DNA of 64,000 nucleotides from Candidatus Methylomirabilota bacterium. Its GTDB lineage: Bacteria; Methylomirabilota; Methylomirabilia; Rokubacteriales; CSP1-6. The notes beneath the pieces are model-generated. The model saw only the letters and a program-made list of their open reading frames with translations, was not told where the DNA came from and searched no databases. How positions within the stretch are numbered: position 1 is the first letter of the stretch; each line of letters begins with the position of its first letter. The position numbers were made by a program, and so were the translations under genes. Location of the stretch: NCBI GenBank assembly GCA_035315345.1, contig DATFYA010000187.1, positions 3,436-67,435 on the forward strand, in the 5' to 3' direction. Positions 57,188-64,000 of the stretch are shown here, one piece after another.

Positions 57188-58354
57188 CTAGATGACTTTG
57201 TCGTGGCGAAGGGAGGCGATATCGGCGGCGGAGTAGCCGAGCTCGGTCAGGATCTCGTCGTTGTGCTCGCCGGTGTCGGGCGCCGGCGTGCGCACGCGCC
57301 CGGGCGTGCGGGACAGCGTGACCGGCGGCGCCTGCAGGTGCAGCTCGCCGAGCGCCGGATGCGCCACCGGCACCGCCATCTTCAGATGCCGAATCTGCTC
57401 GTTGTCGTACACCTGCTGGACGTCGAGGATCGGCCCCGACGGCACGCCCTTGGCGTTGAGCAGCTCCACCCACTCCTGGGTCGTGCGCTTGCCGAAGGCC
57501 CGCTCCAGCTCGCCCGCGAGGGCCTTGCGGTTCTTCGATCGATCCGGGGCAGTGCGGAAGCGCGGATCGTCCAGCAGCGGCTCGGTGCCCAGCGTCTCGC
57601 ACAGGCGCCGGAACATGTGCTGGCCCGAGGCCGCGATGTTGAGGTGGCCGTCGGCGGTCCGGAACACGCCGGTCGGGATCGCGGTGGGATGGTCGTTGCC
57701 GGCCTGCGGCGGAATCTCCTTGCCGATCAGCCAGCGGGCGGCCTGGAAGTCGAGCATCGTGACCATCGCCTGGAGCAGCGAGGTGTGCACCCACTGACCC
57801 TTCCCGGAGCGCTCGCGCTCGAGCAGCGCCACCAAGATGCCCTGGGCCAGGAAGATGCCGGCGGTCAGATCGGCCACCGGGATGCCCACGCGGACCGGCC
57901 CCTGGCCGGGCAGGCCGGTGATGGACATGAGCCCGCCCATGCCCTGGGCGATCTGATCGTAGCCGGGACGATCGCGATACGGCCCGTCCTGGCCGAAGCC
58001 CGAGATACTGCCGTAGATCAGCCGCGGGTTGATGCGGGAGAGCGTCTCGTAGTCGATGCCGAGCCGCGTCTTGACGTCGGGCCGGAAGTTCTCCACGACG
58101 ACATCCGCATTCTTGACCAGCTTGTGGATGATCTGGATCCCGCGCGGCGACTTCAGGTCCAGCGTGAGCGAGCGCTTGTTGCGGTGGAGGTTCTGGGAGT
58201 CGAAGCCGCGCCGCGGGAAGTCGCCCTCCACGTCCTCGCGCGCGGAGATCTGGACGACCTGCGCGCCCATGTCGGCGAGCTGGCGCACGCAGGTGGGGCC
58301 CGAGCGGGCGCGAGTGAGATCGATCACGGTGTAGGGGGCCAGCGGCAGCGTCAT
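57188..58354 (-). CDS. CaiB/BaiF family (class III) CoA transferase
   Basis: MTLPLAPYTVIDLTRARSGPTCVRQLADMGAQVV ... FRPDV ... active-site Asp region YDQIAQGMGGLMSITG. Confidence 0.8.
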   Translation of the reverse strand: MTLPLAPYTVIDLTRARSGPTCVRQLADMGAQVVQISAREDVEGDFPRRGFDSQNLHRNKRSLTLDLKSPRGIQIIHKLVKNADVVVENFRPDVKTRLGIDYETLSRINPRLIYGSISGFGQDGPYRDRPGYDQIAQGMGGLMSITGLPGQGPVRVGIPVADLTAGIFLAQGILVALLERERSGKGQWVHTSLLQAMVTMLDFQAARWLIGKEIPPQAGNDHPTAIPTGVFRTADGHLNIAASGQHMFRRLCETLGTEPLLDDPRFRTAPDRSKNRKALAGELERAFGKRTTQEWVELLNAKGVPSGPILDVQQVYDNEQIRHLKMAVPVAHPALGELHLQAPPVTLSRTPGRVRTPAPDTGEHNDEILTELGYSAADIASLRHDKVI

Positions 58355-59256
58355 CGCGAATCTCCCGGGGCGCTCGCATCGGCGGGCATGATCGCCGAGC
58401 CAGTCTGCGACCTGGGGTTGCGGAGCGGCCAGCGCCCGGCGTCCACCGCGGTGAGGAAGTCGAGCAGGGCGCGGTTGAAGAGGTCGGGGTCCTCGAGGTT
58501 GATGGTGTGGCCGGCCTTCGGGATCACCACCAGCCCGGACGAGCGGATCTTGCGCTTCATGAAGATGGCCGGCTCGAGGCACGGGTCGTCCTCGTCGCCG
58601 GTCATGATCAGCGTTGGCACCTCGAGCCGCTCCATCGCGGCTTCCAGCTCGAAGATGGACGGCCGCGACATCTGCACGCCCCGCATGGTCAGCGCGTGGC
58701 CCCGCGCGGACTGGGCCACGAACTGGTCGTAGAACTCCTGCCAGCCCCGCGGATCCTTGTCCATGAACTGCACGCGGGTCGGGCCCTTGGTGTAGAACGA
58801 GGCGACGCCGGCCATGCCCTCGGTCTCGAAGCGCCGCGCGGTCTCGTCCACGTCGCGGCGGAACCGCTCGCGCTCGCCGGGCACGCTGCCGTAGCCGGCG
58901 CCCGCGACCGTCAGCGACAGCGCGCGCTCCGGATGCCGCAGGCCGAAGTGCAGCACCGCGTAGCCGCCCATCGAGAGTCCGCAGATGTGGGCGCGGTCGA
59001 TGCGGAGATGATCGAGGACGCCCAGGATGTCGTCCGCGGCCTGTTGCTGCGAGTACGCCTCGGGCTTGTCGGGTACGTCCGACGGCGGATAGCCCCGCGC
59101 GTTGTAGGCGATGGTGCGATAGCGCCGGGCGAAGCCGCGCACCTGCAGGTGCCAGCTCTGGTAGTCGCCCGCGAACTCGTGGACGAAGACCAGGGGCACG
59201 CCCTGTCCGGTCTCCTCGTAGAACAGCTTGACTTCGCCGACGTGGGCGAACGGCAT
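58351..59256 (-). CDS. alpha/beta hydrolase
   Basis: VPLVFVHEFAGDYQSW ... ICGLSMGGYAV nucleophile elbow. 301 aa, overlaps the CoA-transferase start. Confidence 0.7.
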   Translation of the reverse strand: MPFAHVGEVKLFYEETGQGVPLVFVHEFAGDYQSWHLQVRGFARRYRTIAYNARGYPPSDVPDKPEAYSQQQAADDILGVLDHLRIDRAHICGLSMGGYAVLHFGLRHPERALSLTVAGAGYGSVPGERERFRRDVDETARRFETEGMAGVASFYTKGPTRVQFMDKDPRGWQEFYDQFVAQSARGHALTMRGVQMSRPSIFELEAAMERLEVPTLIMTGDEDDPCLEPAIFMKRKIRSSGLVVIPKAGHTINLEDPDLFNRALLDFLTAVDAGRWPLRNPRSQTGSAIMPADASAPGDSR

Positions 59257-59357
59257 GGCCTGGCTCCCGATGGCTGCGAGGGATCGCGCGCGACGCGCAA
59301 GCGGCAGTCTACTCCAGGCCGCGAGCGCGCTCAACCGACCCGTCTCCGTCTCGGGAC

Positions 59358-60395
59358 TCAGAAGGACCAGCCCGCGCCGAGGATGAAGCGCTGGTCGGTC
59401 GTGTCCCGTCCCGGAGCGGGCCGCGAGTCGTAGCGCAGCTCGTAGCGGAACTCGGCGAACAGGGCCTTCCACACGCTCAGGCGCACGCCGGCGTCGGCGT
59501 TCAGCAGGTAGTCCCCGCCCGGATCCTCGAACGCGGGCAGGTACTCGAGCTTGTGGTAGAGGTACAGCGGATCGATCGGGGTCCAGTCCACCGCGTAGGC
59601 CAGCCGCGCGGCCACGAACTCGTGGCTCGGGGCGTGCTTGAAGTTCTCGTAGACCCACGACACACCGGTTTCCGTCAAGAGATTGAACCTGGGCCCCTCG
59701 TACCACTGATAGCCCACGCCGACGCCGGGGGCGAGCCGTACCTCGAGCTCCGCGACCTCGTCGTGCTCGGCCTTGAAGTTGAGGTAGCCGTAGAACTTCT
59801 TGGTGAAGAAATGATCGTACTTCGCCAAGGCCATGGCGTAGTTGATGGTGGTGCTCTTCTCGCCGGTGTCCGGGTCCTCCTGCCGCCCGTAGGAATATTC
59901 CGCGCCCAGGGTGAGCCGGTCGTGAGGCCAGCGCTTCGCGGCGTTGGCGAGGAAGCCGAGCTGCTCGGTCTGGGAGTTGCCGGTGGTCAGCAAGCCGTTC
60001 AGGGACAGCGCGCCCTTCCACTCGGGCAGCGGGGGATTGATGACCGCGATGTCGGTGATGGGCACGGGCTGCGGCGGCGCTCCCGGCGCCGGGCTCGCCT
60101 CGACCTGACGGTCGGGGCCGGCCGCCACCCGCGAGGTCACCGGGGGCTCATCCTCGGCGCCCTTCCGGCCCACCCGCACCGGCTCGTCGGTGGAGAACGT
60201 CTTCACCTTGCTGAGATCGACGGTGACGTCGCCGGCGCCTTCCGTCTTGATCGTCAGCTTGCCGCCGGTGGCGCTCTGGATCTTGCCGGTGAGGCGGTCG
60301 CCGTTCAGGAAGAGGACCTCGTCGGCGAACGATGGAGTGGCCCATACCGCGACGAGACCGACGACGAGGGAGAGAACGAGGGTCAGGCGCGGCAT
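59358..60395 (-). CDS. DUF481-like putative outer membrane beta-barrel protein
   Basis: GGGAGGA RBS. Signal peptide MPRLTLVLSLVVGLVAVWATPSFA. Alternating aromatic beta-strand pattern. C-terminal ...LGAGWSF. Confidence 0.55.
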   Translation of the reverse strand: MPRLTLVLSLVVGLVAVWATPSFADEVLFLNGDRLTGKIQSATGGKLTIKTEGAGDVTVDLSKVKTFSTDEPVRVGRKGAEDEPPVTSRVAAGPDRQVEASPAPGAPPQPVPITDIAVINPPLPEWKGALSLNGLLTTGNSQTEQLGFLANAAKRWPHDRLTLGAEYSYGRQEDPDTGEKSTTINYAMALAKYDHFFTKKFYGYLNFKAEHDEVAELEVRLAPGVGVGYQWYEGPRFNLLTETGVSWVYENFKHAPSHEFVAARLAYAVDWTPIDPLYLYHKLEYLPAFEDPGGDYLLNADAGVRLSVWKALFAEFRYELRYDSRPAPGRDTTDQRFILGAGWSF

Positions 60396-60572
60396 GGAGT
60401 ATCCTCCCTTGAGAGGTGCGGGGCAGTGCGCAGGACGCATGGCCCGTCCAGGTAACCGGAAGTCGCAGCGTTTGACAACCGTGACGAGCGTGGAACACAA
60501 TCGCGCGCGTCGCCTCGGATGATCGCCGCATCGTCCGCCGTCGGGCCGAACGCCCGGGAAAGGCTTCAACCA

Positions 60573-61436
60573 ATGCGCACCACGACCCGACTCCGGCAGA
60601 TGCTCAACGCGCCCGGCATCATCGTCGCGCCCGGCGCCTACGACGGCTTCTCCGCGCGCCTCATCGAGGCGGCCGGCTTCGAGGCGGTGTACATGACCGG
60701 CGCGGGTACCGCCGCGTCGCATCTCGGGCAGCCCGATCTGGGCCTGGCCACGCTGACCGAGATGGCCAATCACGCCGGGCACCTCGCCTCCTGCGTGTCG
60801 CTGCCGGTGATCGCCGATGCCGACACCGGTTACGGCAACGTGCTCAACGTGGTGCGCACGGTGCGGGAGTACGAGAAGGCGGGCGTGGCCGGGCTGCACA
60901 TCGAGGATCAGGTGGCGCCGAAGAAGTGCGGGCACATCGCGGGCAAGCAGGTGATCCCGACCGAGGAATTCTGCGACAAGATCCGCGCGGCCGCCGAGTA
61001 CCGCACCGACCCCGACTTCGTGATCATCGCCCGCACCGACGCGCGCGCGGTCACCGGCCTGGACGACGCGATCGACCGCGGCAACCGCTACGCGGCCGCC
61101 GGTGCCGACGTCATCTTCTTCGAGGCGCCCCAGACCGAGGACGAGATCCGCCAGGTGGCGCGCGAGATCAAGGCCCCGCTGCTCGCCAACATGGTCATCG
61201 GCGGCAAGACGCCCGCGGTCCCGGTCTCCGAGCTGGAGCGGATGGGGTTCAAGATGGTGATCTTCCCGGCGGTGTGCATGGCCGCCGCCGTGCCCGCGAT
61301 GGAGAAGTCACTGGCCTACCTCAAGGAGCACGGCACCGACTGGCAGCCCGGGCCGGTGCTGGCCCCGATGGACATCTTCCGGCGCGTGGGCTTCGACTGG
61401 TGGCACGGCATCGAGGAGAAGTTCGCCGGCCGCTAG
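60573..61436 (+). CDS. isocitrate lyase/PEP mutase family protein (carboxyvinyl-carboxyphosphonate phosphorylmutase / 2-methylisocitrate lyase-like)
   Basis: IVAPGAYDGFSARLIEAAGFEAVYMTGAG ... ADADTGYGN ... GLHIEDQVAPKKCGH motifs. Confidence 0.75.
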   Translation: MRTTTRLRQMLNAPGIIVAPGAYDGFSARLIEAAGFEAVYMTGAGTAASHLGQPDLGLATLTEMANHAGHLASCVSLPVIADADTGYGNVLNVVRTVREYEKAGVAGLHIEDQVAPKKCGHIAGKQVIPTEEFCDKIRAAAEYRTDPDFVIIARTDARAVTGLDDAIDRGNRYAAAGADVIFFEAPQTEDEIRQVAREIKAPLLANMVIGGKTPAVPVSELERMGFKMVIFPAVCMAAAVPAMEKSLAYLKEHGTDWQPGPVLAPMDIFRRVGFDWWHGIEEKFAGR

Positions 61437-61450
61437 ACCGGAGTCCGCTC

Positions 61451-61897
61451 ATGTCCGGGCCCACGAGATACCCCGGCTTGGCTGAGCGCATGAGAGTCCG
61501 CGTGCTGTTCTTCGTGCTCACGTGGCTCACCGGGCTGTTGCTGGCCGCGTCCTTTGCCAGCGCGGCGTATGGCTTCGGGCGCATGGCGGCGCCGGAGCGC
61601 ACGGACGTGATCAGCCTGGCCATCTTCGGGGCGATCGGGCTGCTGTCGCAGGCCGGGCTGTTGCTGGCGCCCTGGGCGGTCACGCGGGGGACGACGCCGC
61701 GGACCATCGCCGCGCTCTTGATGGGACCGTCGGGCGTGTTCCTCAGCATCTTCGCCTACGAGGGGTTCACGCGGTACGCCGCGGGCGCCCCGATCTGGGT
61801 GGTGGCCTGGGCGGCGTATGTCTGCGGCGTGTTCGTCTATGCGGCCGTCTACGTGGCCCTGGCGCGCGGCCGGCTCGGGCGACGCCCGGGGGAGTAG
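61451..61897 (+). CDS. hypothetical small membrane protein (4 TM)
   Basis: Internal ATG of ORF 60926..61897. Hydrophobic segments VLFFVLTWLTGLLLAASFA, ISLAIFGAIGLLSQAGLLLAPWAV and others. Confidence 0.4.
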   Translation: MSGPTRYPGLAERMRVRVLFFVLTWLTGLLLAASFASAAYGFGRMAAPERTDVISLAIFGAIGLLSQAGLLLAPWAVTRGTTPRTIAALLMGPSGVFLSIFAYEGFTRYAAGAPIWVVAWAAYVCGVFVYAAVYVALARGRLGRRPGE

Positions 61898-61952
61898 CCG
61901 CAGGCACCGTATCTGGTAGGGCTCCTTCCGAGGGCCCCACTGTATTTTGTTG

Positions 61953-61982
61953 TTGCAATATACTAAACAAATGACGTGTAAT
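61953..61982 (+). promoter_or_regulatory. candidate sigma70-type promoter TTGCAA-N18-TGTAAT within an AT-rich island upstream of imuA
   Basis: A 45-bp stretch with GC below 35% in a 70% GC background, containing TTGTT-N11-AACAA and other dyads, about 30 bp upstream of the imuA ATG. Confidence 0.35.
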
Positions 61983-62013
61983 CAGCCCGAGACATCTATA
62001 AAGAGAACGCGGC

Positions 62014-62706
62014 ATGGCTATCCCGATCGAGTCCTCACCTCCGCCAGGGTGGGATCGTGAAGGGATCGACGGCCTGCTCGGCCTGTTCCCGCCGGGTCGG
62101 CTCAGCGAGATCGTCGGCCCCCGATCCTCCGGCGGCAGCAGCCTGCTCCTGGCCCTCATTGCCCGGATCACGACTCGCGGGCAGGTGGCCTACGTGGACG
62201 GGATGGATGCGCTCGATCCCGCCTCCGCCGCGACGGCCGGCGTCGATCTCTCCGCGCTGCTCTGGGTGAAGTGTGCAGGCCGTCTCCGCACGGCGCTGAG
62301 CGCCGCCGATCTGCTCGCCCGTTGTCCCGGCTTCTCGCTGATCGTCCTCGACCTCGACGACCTCGGGCCCGTGCCTTTCGCCGCTCAGATCCGGCTGCAG
62401 CGGGCGGTGGAAGACCGCGACGCGGCATTGGTCGTCCATACTGCACGTCATCGCGAGGGCAGCCCCGCCTCGCTGGTCGTGACGACTCGGCGTCTGGCTC
62501 CCCGCTGGAGGGGACTGCGTCCGCTCACCCGTCTCGGTGGGCTTCGCTCCGAGGTCTCCATCGCCCGCTCCCGCCTCCACCCCTCCTCCCTCTCCCCCCT
62601 GGGGAGAGGGCAGGGTGAGGGGGCTGAGGGTGAGGGGGCTGAGGGTGAGGGGGCTGGAGGTGAGAGAGGTGAGGGGCAGACCTGGGCCCTCGACTGGACC
62701 CTATGA
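62014..62706 (+). CDS. imuA: ImuA (SulA/RecA-like SOS mutagenesis protein)
   Basis: GRLSEIVGPRSSGGSSLLLALIARITTRGQVAYVDGMDALDP ... LLWVKC ... FSLIVLDL, RecA-like core without Walker ATPase. The C-terminal 30 aa derive from a REP-like repeat. Confidence 0.65.
   Translation: MAIPIESSPPPGWDREGIDGLLGLFPPGRLSEIVGPRSSGGSSLLLALIARITTRGQVAYVDGMDALDPASAATAGVDLSALLWVKCAGRLRTALSAADLLARCPGFSLIVLDLDDLGPVPFAAQIRLQRAVEDRDAALVVHTARHREGSPASLVVTTRRLAPRWRGLRPLTRLGGLRSEVSIARSRLHPSSLSPLGRGQGEGAEGEGAEGEGAGGERGEGQTWALDWTL
62587..62678. repeat. REP-like element (CCCTCTCCCC-n-GGGGAGAGGG-CAGGGTGAGGGG) plus three GCTGAGGGTGAGGGG tandem units, inside the imuA 3' end
   Basis: Same hairpin and GGGTGAGGGG tail as the intergenic pair at 18566-18659. 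Encodes GRGQGEGAEGEGAEGEGAGGERGEGQ. Confidence 0.55.
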
Positions 62707-64000
62707 CCCGCATCGCCTGTCTGCTCGCCGCGACCGATGCCGAGCCCGATGGGTCCGTTCACCGCATGCTGCTCCAGGTCGCGCTGTCCCATTCGCCCCG
62801 CGTGGAAGACGGCGGCATCGGGCGTGTGTATCTCGACGCGTCGGGATTGCATGGCCTGTTCGGTGACGAGCCCCGGCTCGCCGCACGTCTCCGCGACATG
62901 ACCGCGGCCGCCGGGGTGACGGCACGTGTGGGCATCGCGGGGAGCCGGCTCGCGGCCCTGGCCGCCGCACGCCTGGGGCCCGGCGCCGCCGTCGTCGATC
63001 CGGATGGCGACGCGGCCTACCTGGCCGTCGCGCCGCTCTCCCTGCTCGAGCTGTCGAATGAGCTGTCGGCCCGGCTATCCCGCTGGGGTCTCCGCACGCT
63101 CGGGGAGCTGGCCGCCCTGCCGACCGCGGGGCTGTTCGAGCGGCTGGGAGGAGAAGGGGTGCGGCTGCAGCGGTTGGTGCGCGGCGACGACCCGCGCCCG
63201 CTGGTCTCCTGGAAGCCGGCGCTGCTCTTCGAGGAATCGGTCCAGTGCGAGTGGGGCATGGAGACGCTCCCGCCGGCGGTCGAGCGCCTGGGCGAGCTGG
63301 CCGCGCGAGTGTGCGCGCGCCTCGGCGAGCGCGGGCTCGCGGCCGACGGCTTCGAATGGGCCTGCCGCCTCGACGGCGGCCACCTCCACGAGGGCGCGCT
63401 CGCTCCCGCGGTGCCCATGACCGATGGCGCCGCCGTCGCGGCATTGCTCCGCCTCGCGCTCGAGGCGCGTCCGCCCCGCGGTATCGTCCGGGGCCTCACG
63501 CTTCGTGCCCGTCCCGCGCGGATCACGGCGATGCAGGAATCGCTCACCGATCGCTCCCGCCCCAGTCCGCGCCTCCTCGCGGCCACCCTGAATCGTTTGG
63601 TGGGCCTGGTGGGCGCGGACAGCATAGGCGCTCCGGCGCTGCTCGACAGCCATCGCCCCGACGCCGTGGGCCTGGGCGCCTATGCTCCTCCTCCTTTCTC
63701 TCTCTCTTCCCTCCGGGACGCGGGCGCGGCTTCTCCCTCTCCCCTCCGGGCCGCCGACGCGCCTTCTCGCTCTCCCCTCCGGGACGCGGGCGCGCCTCCT
63801 CCCTCTCCCCTCCGGGGAGAGGGTAGGGTGAGGGGTATCGGCGCCCTCGCCCTGCGCCGTCTCCGTCCGCCGGCTCCGGCCGCGGTCACGCTCACCTCGG
63901 GCCGTCCCGTGGCCTTGCGCTCGAGCCGGCTCAGCGGACGCATCGTGGCCGGTGCCGGCCCGTGGCGCTCCTCGGGCGAGTGGTGGAGCAAGCGGCCGTG
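62703..64000 (+). CDS. imuB: ImuB (inactive Y-family polymerase-like mutagenesis protein), 5' partial; runs off the window
   Basis: ATG overlaps the imuA stop (ATGA). Open reading frame to the window end (absent from the ORF track because it has no stop). VGIAGSRLAALAAARLGPGAAVV ... GLRTLGELAALPTAGLFERLG matches the ImuB/DinB-like pattern. Confidence 0.6.
   Translation, partial: MTRIACLLAATDAEPDGSVHRMLLQVALSHSPRVEDGGIGRVYLDASGLHGLFGDEPRLAARLRDMTAAAGVTARVGIAGSRLAALAAARLGPGAAVVDPDGDAAYLAVAPLSLLELSNELSARLSRWGLRTLGELAALPTAGLFERLGGEGVRLQRLVRGDDPRPLVSWKPALLFEESVQCEWGMETLPPAVERLGELAARVCARLGERGLAADGFEWACRLDGGHLHEGALAPAVPMTDGAAVAALLRLALEARPPRGIVRGLTLRARPARITAMQESLTDRSRPSPRLLAATLNRLVGLVGADSIGAPALLDSHRPDAVGLGAYAPPPFSLSSLRDAGAASPSPLRAADAPSRSPLRDAGAPPPSPLRGEGRVRGIGALALRRLRPPAPAAVTLTSGRPVALRSSRLSGRIVAGAGPWRSSGEWWSKRP
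63688..63836. repeat. three degenerate REP half-sites plus one complete REP hairpin embedded in-frame in imuB
   Basis: cttccctccgggacgcgggcgcgg / ccctctcccctccgggccgccgacgcg / cgctctcccctccgggacgcgggcgcg, then ccctctcccctccggggagagggtagggtgagggg. Confidence 0.5.

Overview
High-GC (about 70%) bacterial chromosomal segment, densely coding, with no rRNA, tRNA, CRISPR, integrase or transposase found. It opens with a compact TCA-cycle supercluster: icd (3' end), mdh, two-subunit class I fumarase, a mycobacterial Sdh1-type sdhCAB, sucCD and ndk. The rest is mostly transport and catabolism. There are NitT/TauT-type, glutamate-type and Liv-type ABC transporters, several CoA ligases and CoA transferases, two adjacent acyl-CoA dehydrogenases, three luciferase-like (LLM, probably F420-dependent) oxidoreductases, a form-II CoxL-like molybdoenzyme, and a partial imuA-imuB mutagenesis cassette at the 3' edge. 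I found no single clear novel system. The features I could not explain with ordinary annotation are: (1) three families of palindromic or tandem repeat elements, two of which are fused in-frame to the 3' ends of genes (imuA, imuB, an alpha/beta hydrolase, a gamma-carbonic anhydrase); (2) a 57-bp tandem repeat array; (3) an AT-rich promoter island upstream of imuA; (4) an acyl-CoA carboxylase alpha chain split into two ORFs with no carboxyltransferase partner; (5) a DUF898/M48 peptidase pair; (6) a 2OG-oxygenase remnant; and (7) several candidate catabolic operons of unassigned substrate. Coordinates of starts on the minus strand were derived by counting residues in the ORF track and may be off by a codon.
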